Shown in pieces: positions 25,971-39,200 of a DNA stretch of 64,000 nucleotides. Each line of letters starts with the position of its first letter. Within the stretch, counting starts at the first letter, position 1. Under the pieces are notes generated by a model that was not told where the DNA came from, searched no databases, and worked only from the letters and a program-made list of their open reading frames with translations. The translations under genes and the position numbers were made by a program. This stretch comes from Octopus vulgaris (taxonomy: Eukaryota). Location: positions 47,802,001 through 47,866,000 of the forward strand of contig OX597819.1 of the NCBI GenBank assembly GCA_951406725.2, written 5' to 3'.

Positions 25971-27102
25971 ACACGTTCATTTGTTTTATGCCTGTTTTCC
26001 AATTCTAACATGGGTTGGATGAATACTTGCAACTGGATGCCCCTCTTGTTGCTAACCTTCAAAAGCTCAGAAGACAGTTTGTTAGTGAGGGTTTGTCAAC
26101 ATATCATCACAGTTTTGGAGGCTGAATACTCTAATGTGAGCATACAGAATGTAAACATTCACACACACACATACACATTATCATTTAACACTCACTTCCA
26201 TGCTGGCATGGATGTATGATAAAACAGGATGACAAATCAGAGGGAGTTGGGTAGGAGTAAAGAGGGATGCAGCTTTATGCAAAGTGATGAGATTTAAAAG
26301 ATGAAATAAGGGACAGGAATAGCTTTCTTGCAGTAGAAATTATGCATTACTACCATGCATAACATATGGGTGAGAGCAATTGGGATGTAGCTGGAATAAG
26401 AGAGAAAAAAAGACAGTGGTAATGATTCTGTGACAATTCTGCCAGCTCACTGCATTAATGATATTGATGGTGATTTAAGCACAAAGTCAGTAATTTTGAG
26501 AGGAGAACGTTAATCAATTTATATTGATCCCAGTACTTTTTTTTATATCAACCCCAGTGTGATGAAAGGCAAAGTTGAGTGCAGCAGGATTTGAACTCAG
26601 AACATAAACAGCTTCAAGTAATATCACAAAGCATCTTTTCCAACATTCTAACAATTCCACCAACTCACTATCTTATTTCTTTATTGCCCACAAGTGATTG
26701 TCACTGTTTCATTACATCAATTGATGAGGGTTTGTCTATCCTTTTTACAATTGAATCACTACCCTTCCTAAAAGAATTTCCATGAATTACTTAAAATATA
26801 TTTATCATTCATTTTCTTATTTCTTTATTGCCCACAAGGGGCTAAACATAGAGGGGATAAACAATGACAGACAAGGGGATTAAGTTGATTACATCGACCC
26901 CAGTGTGTAACTGGTACTTAATTTATCGACCCTGAAAGGATGAAAGGCAAAGTCGACCTTGGCGGAATTTGAACTCAGATCGTAAAGACAGACAAAATAC
27001 CACAAAGCATTGTGCCCAGCATGCTAACGTTTCTGCCAGCTCGCTGCCTGAACCAGCTTACTGTCTTAATAATAGTAATAACAACAAGTCAATCATACTA
27101 AC

Positions 27103-27281
27103 CAGAATATATAATGATACTCATATGTAGCATAGAGTTCTAACTCCAATCCAGCTAGAGTGTAGTTGATCATTACATAAAGTGTGTGGTAGAGAACCCA
27201 GGTTCCGAAACATGCCAGATGTACTTTTGTGGGCTCAGTTTTAATAAGTTGACTATGTAAGTAGGAATCCACTTTATCAGC
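27103..27281 (-). CDS. NAA35: NAA35 exon: [59 protein letters not shown](W)
   Basis: Within ORF 27093..27314. HLAC.GTWVLYH and G.ELELY motifs. Acceptor ttttgcag|GCT, donor TG|GTTAGT; 179 nt. Confidence 0.96.
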
Positions 27282-27522
27282 CTGCAAAAAACAACAGAAA
27301 AGTGGCAAAGACAAAAATCAGAGAGATATTATAGGAAAGAGAGACAGCACTATAAATACAATTATGGTTTCATATAAATTTTATTTTGATTTTCAACTTT
27401 TTTTTTAATTTCAAATCAATAAAAGGTCATATTGGTGAACCAAGTTTTTTTTGAAAAAATATTCCTGATACAGTCACACTATCTGACAAAAGATTTTTTC
27501 TTAAATTTAAAATAATCATATA

Positions 27523-28845
27523 CCATAAAAACCCATGTAATTTGCACACCTGTGTAATTTATGCAGGAGATTTTCAAGATAAAATTTGTTAAAAAAAGCT
27601 TCTACTCAAATAAAGTTCCCACCCAAAAGTTTTCAGAATTGCCAATATGGCCAGGGGATAAAGGTTTTCAATTTAGTTGTATTTAGCATAATTTCACTTA
27701 TTTATGATTAGATTTTTAAAAATTTTCATTAAATAAAAATAATTTCTGTTTAACAGGTAATACATTAAAAGCTATTAAATTACAAAGTGTTTGTGTTGTT
27801 TATAATAAACTTTATTTTACATTTTTTGCCCACAAGAGATTATGTCCGATCTTTAGCATACTGCTGTATGTCTTCTCAAATCATGATCACAAGAAAAGTT
27901 GTTGATAATAAGCAAAGCTGATAAATACACACAGGTGTTGCAAATTAAGTTTAATTACCAATAAACATCAGCTTGGATGACACTTTACTCAACTAACAGA
28001 CCAGTCAAACTGATTATGTAAGCAGAATTCTGATTGGTTGAATGCGTCTTCTTGTCCCAAGCTCTGATTTTCCACCTATTCTTGTAGGAATTTTTGATAT
28101 GGAGTATCAAAATTTTAATCCCTTATAAAATGTCGAGCAAACTTAAAAATTTGTCATTACTGTTATTATCAGTATGGGCAGAACTTATGAATCATTTACT
28201 GCGAAAGAGAAATTAAATATTGTTGGATATGCATTTGAACGTGGCAATAGAGCTACCGGAAGGCATTTTAATGTTAACAAAGCCAATCTTCGAAATTGGC
28301 ATAAACAGTATGGCAAACTTAAAACTGTACCTAGTAATAAACATGCCAATAGGAGTAAATCTGAAAAATTCCCCAAGTTAGAGACTGAACTTTATCATTG
28401 GATATGTGATAAACGTGATGAGGGTTTTGGTGTAAGCACCACCAAGATAAGATTATGTGCTAGTCAGTTATTTAAGACCAAATATAGTGCCGACAGTGTG
28501 GACTTTAAAGCTTCATTAAACTGGTACTATCATCAGGCTTCAAAAAGTAGTTAACCATTTAACGGTGTTAGTAAATTTATACAGAAAAAATAAGCATTAT
28601 ACTATCCAGAATAAATAAAAGTCAGCTTCATTATATTTAAGCCCTTATTTTTTCGGTAAAAACTTATTCTGGCATTAAATGAGTCAACTTCCAGTACGAA
28701 TGTTTACGTTTTGCACGTCTTTTTACAACAAAAAAAATTTCTAGAAAAATTCTGGAAATAATCTACTTATGTAATTTACGAACACCTGAAGTTTACTTGT
28801 ATTTTTGCGAAAAAAAAAGTGCATAAATTACATGGGTTTTTAAGG
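27523..28845 (+). mobile_element. pogo-like non-autonomous transposon, copy 1 (DNA-binding-domain ORF 28174..28554)
   Basis: TA|CCATAAAAACCCATGTAATTT ... AAATTACATGGGTTTTTAAGG|TA. The 126-aa ORF has an N-terminal HTH (FTAKEKLNIV...ATGRHFNV...LRNW) and a CENP-B-type HTH (FPKLETELYHWI...FKASLNW). No DDE domain. Confidence 0.85.
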
Positions 28846-29334
28846 TATATAAAAAAAAGTTTTTAAAAAAACAAACTGACCCAGATTTTAAGAAAAGCCC
28901 TGCTATACATCTATATGTACGTGCTTCTATGTACATATGCATATATTTGTATATTCTATGCATAGGTGTGCATTTTCCTACACATGGTTGTTTTTGTTCC
29001 TATACATTTGCATCTATATAGATGCAGAAGAGTATACATGTACATGTTTGCACACGAATACATGCTCAAGTCTCTATATCTGTCTATTCATGTCCTTAAC
29101 CCATTATTATGTAAATTACTCTGTCAAATGTGATGGTCATTTATTCACATTGTTTTGAATTAATCATGCATTAACTTGTAGCTTCAAAATTTCAATGATG
29201 TGATTACTTTTAGAATGACATTGTAAATTAGGTGTGAGAGACCAGATCTGGCCAGAATATTTTGGTTAGATATGGCCAGTTTAAATGCAAAATGGTTAAA
29301 TCTATGTAAATACAAACCAGCCTGTATATACATA

Positions 29335-30218
29335 GAAGAGGATACCTAAAAGAAACTGGAACTGTGCAATACTATTTTATTCACTTAGTTTTACATGTTT
29401 ACACTTTTATCGCCTTCAAAGTCCAGATGCATTTTCCACTGTTCAAAGCAGTCCTGGAACTCTTGGGAAGTGATGCCTTTTAACACCTCCATTGTTTTTT
29501 TCTTCACCTCCTCCACATCTTTTCCTTTAAGAACCGTTTTCATTTGAAGGAACAAAAAATGTCACAGAGATCAAGATCGGGTGAATAGGGAGGGTGAGTA
29601 AGTGGGATTACACATTCAGTCATGACTGCTTTTGATCTGCCGTGAGCAAACAAGGTACAAATTTTGCTGCAAACTTTTTCATTCACAATTCTTTGCTCAA
29701 AATTTGTTGGCAGGAGCTCCAGCACACAACAGTTATATCAACAAATTCATCAATTGTTCAGCGACAGTCCTCCAAGATCAGTTCATGCATTTTCATGATG
29801 TTTTCATTTGTGTGCGGGGTGGTGGTGTCAACAGTTGCCCTGAATGAAGTTGGTCTTCAAGCAACAAGTGACCATTCCTAAAGTGTGAAAACCATTCGTA
29901 TATTTGTGTTTTCCTGGCAGCATCCTTGTAAGTTGTTTGAAGCATGACAATTGTTTTGGCCACCATTTTCCAAAGCAGAAAGCAGAATTTCACAGAAGCA
30001 CATTGTTCCTTCATTTCAGCCACTACAAAAAGCGATAAAAAGGGAAGAAGTACAACAAAATGAAGATGCACCACATGACAGTACGACTCCAGTCAATGAC
30101 ACTAGTCAGCAGACTGATACCTGAGGGTTGCATCAAGTGACTTCTAGCAGTGGAAACCTGAACTACAATGAGCATGTCCCACAGAAAACATTTCTGGTTA
30201 CTTTAGGGTACCTTCTTG
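29335..30218 (-). mobile_element. mariner-family remnant
   Basis: ORF 29793..30074 (EQCASVKFCFLL..K...T..ML...Y...TQIYEWF..FRNG) and HPPYSPDL in ORF 29540..29725. Degenerate inverted ends (GGATACCTAAAAGAAACTGGAA / TTCTGGTTACTTTAGGGTACC). Confidence 0.8.
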
Positions 30219-32670
30219 TATATAGCCATACATAAATACATCTACAAATCTATCACTACAATTCCCTAAAATCCCCTTCACACACAACCAGATTTCCACA
30301 ATCATTTAAAATTCCTCCCTTTCTTATAACCTGTTCACATATCCCTCTACTATTGTGTACCATCAGTCCCATATCAACCCTGAGCATTTAAACAGGCCAC
30401 ATCCAATCCAAATATTCTACATGCTTTATGCTCAAATTGGCCAGATCTAGTCTCTTATACCTATCCTACTAGGTCATGCTAAAAATAAACAGTCATGCCA
30501 TTGAAAACTCAAAGCTACAAAATAATGCATGGTCACATTACTAGTACTTGTGCTGGTGGCATGTGAAAAAACATTCAAGCGAGGTTGTTGCCAGTGCCGC
30601 TGGACTTGCTCCTGTGCAGGTGGCACATAAAAAGCACCAATTGAGCGTGGCCGTTGCCAGTACCACCAAACTGGCACGTAAAAGCACCCACTACACTCTC
30701 GGAGTGGTTGGCGTTAGGAAGGGCATCCAGCTGTAGAAACTCTGCCAGATCGGATTGGAGTCTGGTTCGCCAGACCTCAGTCAAATCGTCCAACCCATGC
30801 TAGCATGGAAAGCGGATATTAAACGATGATAATGATGACTAATTCAAAACAATGAGAATAAATAAGTATTACAGTTGACAGAGTAATCTGACTGCTAAAG
30901 GGTCAAGCTCTAGTTTTAAATTCTACAGCAAGCTGTCATTAATTGCCATTACTAAGAAACAGAAATATATCTCAATATCATTTTCAGTTATTCCCTAAAT
31001 CCCATTATCACACAGTTCTCAATAAATTCTTCCTCTACAATTAACCAGTATTGAATTCTCCTTGTTCTGCAGTTTAATTGCTTCATTTGTCCTGTGTATT
31101 TCAGTTTTTTCACTAAATTCACTTCTTGCTAATGTTGTTAATACAATATCATAAGGTGAAGAAGCTTTGTGGACTATTTTCCTGCTAAATGATAGATTTC
31201 TTATTTTTCTACTCAAATTCTTACTAAATTCTTTTATGATTCTGAGGGGTGGGGGGAGTCAGTGTCAATATATATCGTTTATCTTTTACTTGTTTCAGTC
31301 ATTACACTGTGGCCATGTCGGGACACCGCCTTGAAGAATCTTAGCTGAATGAATCAACCCCAGTATTTATTTAGCATTTTTCTAGTCTGGTACTTATTCT
31401 ATTGGTCGCTTTTACCAAACCACTAAGTTACAGGGATGTAAACAAACCAACACTGGTTGTCAAGTAATGATCGGGACAAACACAAACATAGAGACACACA
31501 CAGATATATGTATATGTATATACATATACATACATATACAGATATATATATATAAATATACACACACACACACACATATATATGTATGTATGTATGTATA
31601 TACATGTATATATGACAGGTTTCTTTCAATTTCCTTCTACGAAATCCATTCACAAGGCTTTGATTGCTGATATACTAGCTCAATCTAGCAATAAAACTTC
31701 TCCAAAAATCTCCTAACCATCTTCAAAACAATCACATGTTACAAGATTTAAAACTATAAAGGCCAACGATGCAGCTTATATAACATTAAAACATGCTGCC
31801 TGGGTCTACAAGAACTAATGTAGCATACTGTTTCATGTTTTGATATTTTGTTGGGAAGGGAATATTCTGTGGTATGGCATCAGTGCACCAGAGTAGGTCT
31901 CTCAAACTATGCGAGTTTTTTGTTTGCCCTGGTACAAATATACTTTGAAAGAAAGGGTTAGAATATCATTCTGTAAACTGTCACATAAAATGTATGTGTG
32001 AGTGTGAGAGAGAAAGAGAGAGAGAGGGGGTGAGAGAGAAAGAGTAAGAACGTGGCAGAGGGAGAGAGTATGGGCTTGACAAGAGAAAAAGTTTAAGTAC
32101 ATGTGAGTCTCTTGACTTCTACAGAGAAAAATTCCACAATGTTTTAAGAATTTCTAGCTGTGTCTGAATGAAAAAAATCAATTAATTATGGCAGAGTAAA
32201 TATAAGCTGTGCTGTACAATGTCTGACAAAAATGATAAAGATGCTGCCAGGGAAAACGAACTCTCCAATTTACTTTAGCTTATTTCAATCTAGAAGAACA
32301 AGGATTAAAGAAGAGACAAAGTGATAAAGAAATACTAGCAGCTCTTTAAAACTGGGAGGCTGGCAAAGATGGATGGCATTTGGCTGAAATAAAAACACCT
32401 CCCCAACACAATTGTATCAAATATCTAAAGTTATTAAGCCAAAAAAAATGCTTCAAAGTTACAACCATTTTCCTATCCTTAGAATTTTAGGCACTGATAA
32501 CTATTCTGTGCATCAAGTTTTGAATTTCAGGATACTAAATTTGTCAGTGATTGTCACTGTTTTATTACATCAACTGATGAGGGTTTGTCCATCCTTTTTA
32601 CAATTGAATCACTACCCTTCCTAAAAGAATTTCCATGAATTACTTAAAATACATTTATCATTCATTTTCT

Positions 32671-32902
32671 TATTTCTTTATTGCCCACAATGGGCTAAAC
32701 ATAGAGGGGACAAACAAGGACAGACAAAGGGATTAAGTCAAATACATCGACCCCAGGGCGTAACTGGTACTTAATTTATTGACCTCGAAAGGATGAAAGG
32801 CAAAGACGACCTCGACGGAATTTGAACTCAGAACATAATAGCAGACGAAATAGCGCTAAGTATTTCGCCCAGTGTGCAAACGTTTCTGCACAGCTCGCTA
32901 CC
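32671..32902 (-). mobile_element. tRNA-derived SINE, family 2 (Nin-domain-like), with 17-bp TSD
   Basis: Head AAGGYRGCGAGCTG.CAGAA, B-box GAGTTCAAATTCC, GGTCGACTTTGCCTTTCATCCTTTCG core. TSD TTTATCATTCATTTTCT at 32654-32670 and 32903-32919. Other copies at ~14490-14698, 19010-19448, 26816-27049, 38717-38925, 51815-52018, 52857-53090, 53570-53785. Confidence 0.88.
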
Positions 32903-34695
32903 TTTATCATTCATTTTCTGCTATTCCTTACAAGAAGTAGCCTTAGGTGGTAATTTTTACAGCCTGTCAAAGTAAAGAAACAACATAACAAAAGCAAAGA
33001 GAGATAATTAAAAAGAAACCAAAAAATGTCGTTTAACCTGTATAATATGTATAGACACACCTACATACATTGTGTACGTGTGTGTGTGCATGTAACATAT
33101 GCCCCACTGCATGACACCCTGAATATCTTCTACTACTGAGCTGACCAATACCTTGTAAGAGAAAGCCCACCATGTGTGTGTGAGTGTGTATGAATATTGA
33201 TATACCATAAGGATCTCCGGAATAAAAAAACACCCCTATTTGGTGTTAAACCAAAATCCAATTAAGAAACATTTAAAAAATTAATAAAAATACTGCAGTT
33301 GCTGTAATTACATGCCAATGTTTCCTTCTCCAAACATATCAAAAGCCAGTCAAAAACTTGCTGGAAGCACATTTGTTGAGTTCTGTGAACATCTAATCTA
33401 AGAAACCCTACAATAGATATTAGCTCTCTAGGAGCCTTTTATCTTAAATTCATTAAAGTGCTGTCTCTGAGTAACCAAGGTTTCCTTCCTATATATAGAC
33501 ACAGAGTAGTCATGTGGTGAAGAGGTTTGCTCTGTAATCACATGGCACTAAGTGTGACCATGCACCAAGATACAGCACTTTGGCCGAGTGTCTGCAACCA
33601 TAGCCTTGAACTGACTGACCCAAGCTTTGTAAGTTAAACTGGAGAGGTGGAAACTGCAAAAACCCATTAGATGGGCTGTACCTCGTTTTTTGTTTCTGTT
33701 TTTGCCATGTGATTTTTGCCAGAAGATTTCTGAAAAATATTTGACAAGGGTATTTGCATGGTACTACAGTGTATGTTGTTTCTGGTTGTTCCTTGACACA
33801 AGCTATAGGTTGATTGTTGTTGATGATGATGATACAAATTAATCAACATAGGTGCAGGTGTGGGCGTGTGATAAGAAGCTTGCTCCTCAACCACATGATT
33901 CAGGATTCAGTCCTACTGCATGGCATTTTGGGTAAGTGCCTTCGGCTGTAGTATGAGTATGTGTGTTTGTGCACACACATGCATCTTTGTGTATGTGTTT
34001 TTCCCCGACCACTGCTTGACGACCGGTGCTGGTTTATTTACATTCCCATAACAGCTTCACAAAAAAGAATAATAGAATAAGTACCAGGCTTTAAAAAATA
34101 GAAAGTCCTGGGAACAATTTGTTTAACTAAAATCCTTCAAGATGTAACCCCAGCAGGGCTGCTGTCAAATGAGTGAAACAAGTAAAATATAGTGTTTGAC
34201 TAGTTGTTTTGATCTTTTGATAATTACATATGTTACAAATGTTTCTCTGCTTTGTATTTTTCTTTGGTTTATTTTCTTATACTCTTTTACTCTTTTACTT
34301 GTTTCAGTCATTTGACTGTGGCCATGCTGGAGCACTGTCTATAGTCGAGGAAATCGACCCCTGGACTTATTTTTTGTAAGCCTAGTACTTATTCTATCGG
34401 TCTCTTATGCCGAACCGCTAAGTTACGGGAACATAAGCACACCACCATCAGTTGTCAAGCAATGTTGGGGGGACAAACACAGACACACAAACATATACAC
34501 ATACATACATATAAATATATACATATAAATATATACAGATATACAACGAGCTTCTTTCAGGTTTCCGTCTACCAAATCCACTCACAAGGCTTTGGTCGGC
34601 CTGAAGCTATAGCAGAAGATACTTGTCCAAGGTGCCACGCAGTGGGACTGACCCCGGAACCATGTGGTTGGTAAGCAAGCTACTTACCACACAGC

Positions 34696-34737
<42 letters not shown>

Positions 34738-34738
<1 letters not shown>

Positions 34739-34912
34739 TTAATCCAAACATGAAAACACAAAGAGAAAACACAACAACGCGAGGACGTGGAACTACTATA
34801 GTATTATTGGACGCTCAGGAAGGGAGGGAAGAAAGAGGGTTTAACATTTCGAGCGGAGCTCTTCATCAGAAACATAGGAAACGGAAAGATCCAGAGAAGG
34901 GAAGATGGAGGA
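34738..34912 (-). mobile_element. Penelope-like pLTR fragment with a minimal hammerhead motif
   Basis: Minus strand GTTT-CTGATGA-A-GAGC-TCC-GCTC-GAAA-TG-TT-AAAC at 34873-34839; inserted within (TA)n. Confidence 0.72.
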
Positions 34913-34963
<51 letters not shown>

Positions 34964-36201
34964 CACACATACCATATGTGTCTGTATAATTTTAAGATAG
35001 TCTGTTTTAACAGTGTTAAACCTTCCATTTAAAATTTGCGAAAGAATATTTTGTTTTAACCTTTTAGCATTTAAACCAGCCATATTTGGCCCAAATATTC
35101 TACTTGTTTCATGGTCTAACTGGCCAGATCCAGCCTCTCACGCCTACCCCATAATGTCACTCTAAAAATAAACAATCACATTGTTACTATCTCAAATCTA
35201 TGAGATTAAGCATGATTAATTAAAAAAATGTGAATAAACAAGTATTACATTTGATGGAGTAATCTGAACACTAAAGGGTTAAACACTGTCTTTATATAAT
35301 TGACAAAAAAGACATTTTACAAAATGCAATGGTAGTTTTGACTATTTTAAAATACTAATGTTACAACTACTATTTGTATATATTTTGGTTCAGGTGTGGC
35401 TGTGTACAAAATAGTTTGTTTCCCGATCACATGGTTCCAAAACCTTGTGAGTGGATTTGGTAGACAGAAACTGAAAGAAGCCCATCACATAAGTATTCTT
35501 TTATTCTTTTATTTGTTTCAGTCATTTGACTGCGGCCATGCTGGAGCACCACCTTTAGTCAAACAATTCGACCCCAGGACTTATTCTTTGTAAGCCTAAT
35601 ACTTATCCTATCAGTGTCTTTTGCCAAACTGCTAAGTAATGGGGACGTAAACACACCAACATCAGTTGTCAACCGATGGTGGGAGGCAAACACACATAAA
35701 CATATACACATACATACATATATATATATACACACACACATATAGAGGAGCACTACTGATATGATCAACAGAACAGCTTGCTCATGAAATTAACATACAA
35801 GTGGCTGAGCACTCCACAGACATATGTACCCTTAACGCAGTTCTCAGCAAGATTCAGTGTGACACAAGGTGTGACAAGGCTGGCCCTTTGAAATACAGGC
35901 ACTACTCATTTTTGCCAGCTGAGTAACGTGAAATAAAGTGGACTGCAGCGATGTGAAATAAAGTGTCTTGCTCAAGGACACAATGCATCGCCTGGAATTG
36001 AACTCACGAGCTTACAATTGTGAGCCATGTGCTGTTATGCATATATACGACGGGCTTCTTTCAGTTTCCATCTATCAAATCCACTCACAAGGCTTTGGTT
36101 GGCCTGAGGCTATAGTAGAAGACACTTGCCCAAGGTGCCACGCAGTGGGATTGAACCCGGAACCATGTAGTTTGTAAGCAAGCTACTTACAACACAGCCA
36201 C

Positions 36202-36233
<32 letters not shown>

Positions 36234-39200
36234 TATAGTGTGTGTGTGTGTGTGTGGTGTGTGCACGACCCCCACCACCACCACCACCACCACCACCACC
36301 ACTTGACAACTAGTGCTGGTTTGTTTACGTCACTGTAACTTAGTGGTTTGGCAAAACAGACTAACAGAATAAGTAGCAGGCTTTAAAAAAAAATAAGTAC
36401 TGGGGTCGATTCATTCAACTAAGACCCTTTAACCTTTTCGCTACTGTATTTATTTTTTGAGATGCTCTGTGTTTCTTTCAATTACTTTAACTATAACAAA
36501 GAATTTAGTAAAATAACTTAGCTATCATTCAGCTAGAGTTAGTAACATAAATTGTGACTAAGGTTTTGTAAAAGATTTTTAATTTAGAACTTTTAAAACA
36601 ACACAGAGTTGGTTTCAGCTGGGTTGGTATCAAAAGGGTTGAGGTGGTGGGTGCCCTACTATGGCTGCAGTCCAATGACTTAAACAATTAAAAGATTTTT
36701 AAAAAATCAAGAATAAAAGAATAAACCTTATTAAAAACAACACACGGATGAAACTACACACTTTAAAGCCTAGTTTCTTCACACTTATAAAACACTTTTC
36801 TTATTTGAAGAGGATTGGTCATGGTCAATATAAAACAAAACAAAAGAAAAAGAAGCAATCTGGGAAACATTTTTCTTCTTCTTGCATCATGTTTAATAAT
36901 GTTTAGTTTTGTTCTTGTTTCTCTTTTCTCTTTAATTCTCTTTTATCACCAGACCAGAACTAGAAGATTCAAAGATTCCAACACACACACAGTAATGGGT
37001 GGTCTTAGATTGTGCAGAAAGGGACTGTAAAAGAATGGGACTTGCTCCATAAAAACAAAGTACTCTCCATTTCATAAAGGTTTATTTGATTTTCAAGAGA
37101 GAGAGAGAAAATTATCCATTCTATGAATCTGAGATGGAGAAGAAATAATTGAAAGAGAAGTCTGTGGGATGGGTAGCAGGTTGGGTGGAGACAATTCTCT
37201 TAAAGATATACAAATGACATTCCTTATTATACTGACAACTACCCAGAAACAGCAGAACTGGCATATATTCTCTCCTCCATCACCCAATTATTTCTCTTTA
37301 CCCTGTGACATATAACCCAGCTTATCTTGAGAAAAAAAAACAATAAACTTTCCTACTGTTGTCAAGGATATCTGAGTCTGATATCAGTTGCATTTCTCAC
37401 AGTTCAGTATAGTTTCCTCTTTCTACTGAAATTCTCAAGCCCTGATAGGTTTACTAAGCCAGGCTACACCCAGCTAAAACACTTCATATCCTTCTGTCAC
37501 ATATGGATTAAATTACAGCACAAAGGCTCAAATAAAACAAGAAATTCTGTTGTCCATCCATCTCACTCCAATTTTCTACCAACACTGTTTTATACATAGT
37601 GTGTTCTAAAAGATTAATTTTTAAGAATTTAAGCAGTGATGTGTGTGTGTGTGTGTATACCTTGTAATTTAATAGTATTTTAATTATTTACATTTAACAA
37701 AAAACTATTCCCCTTTTCTGTTTTTTAATGAAAAATTCTATTTTTCACACAAACATTTTTATCTCAGTCAATTGTTTTATAATTTTCTTTTCGAATTTAT
37801 TTTTTATACAAATTGTTTACAGACGCTGTAAAAAATATATCGGTTTCAAATTTTGGCACAAAGCCAGTAAGTTTGGGGGAGTGGGTAAGTGAATTACATT
37901 GACCTCAGTACTCAACTGGTCTTTATGATGTCAACCCTGAAAGGATGAAAGGTGAAATTGACCTTGGTAGAATTTGAACTCAGAACGTAAAGACAGACGA
38001 ACTGCTGCTAAACATAACAATTATTAGACCCTTCTTAAAACCATAAGCATTCAGCCCACATTCATTATTAACTAAAGCCTTACAGATGACACTTATCTCT
38101 ACTTCTTTCACTGCCCCTACACTTGTATAAATTTCCAGAACCCTCTGAAATTCCAGATGTTTGCTGTTGTGAGGAGAAAAATTTGATTCAAGGCTCTGAG
38201 AACTGAGACATAATTAGAGATTATAAGAGAATTAGGTACATTAAGCGAATTTAGATTGGATAAAATATAATTAGCATGTTCAGAAGAGCAGAGGACCCTT
38301 GTAGTAACAAAAGCAAGAGATTGCTTGATAGTGGTCAATGGTGCTGCATGCAAAAGGTATTGCAAAGTGCAGTCTTCACAATCAGGCAGATTACATAATT
38401 ATTTTATAATCTTATCAAAAATCTTTAAATAAATTCATGTCAAATCCAGATCACATTTGCTATTTGATGTATAAGTATAATGAAGATATAAACTTTTAAA
38501 GTTTTACCAAGTGTGATCTACTCAATAAGCAATTGTAAAAAGGAAGCAGGAAAATTATAAGCTTTCATTCCAATTTAATAGACCATTTTCAATCCAATAT
38601 TATATTTTATATTCCAGCTCCAACAACAACATTAAACTACACTCAATACTTCCTCGCCTCCCAGAACATCAGCATTCTCTCTGGCATTCTTCTTCTGCAC
38701 CAGTTTTCCTTGCAACTGCCCACAAGGGGATAAACATAGAGGGGACAAACAAGAACAAAGGGATTAAGTCGATTACATCAACCCCAGTACGTAACTGGTA
38801 CTTAATTTATCAACCCCGAAAGGATGAAAGGCAAAGTCGACCTCGGCGGAATTTGAACTCAGAATGTAACGGCAGATGAAATATTACTAAGCATTTTGCC
38901 CAGCGTGCTAACATTTCTGCCAACTCCCAACTTCTCAAAAGGAACATTAACTACTTCTATTTCATAGGTCATGAAGGGCTTGTGAAGGCAATGGACACGG
39001 CCCCTTTTTTCAGATCAAACCAAAAGAAATAAAAAAAAAAGTGAAGCTAAAACTGAGGGATCTTTCTTAGATGCTTGAATGGGTATGGGTACAGCTTTGC
39101 AACTATGTAATTTCAGACACAATCCCATTGTGCAACACCTTGAGCAAATAACTTCTACCACAGACATGAGTCGACCAAAGCCTTGTGAGTGAAATTTTCT

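Noticed and set aside
26693-26817. All four differences from 32546-32670 are A/G on the transcribed strand, hinting at A-to-I editing of an RNA intermediate
   Set aside because: Only one of the four has G in the derived copy; ordinary transitions explain them.
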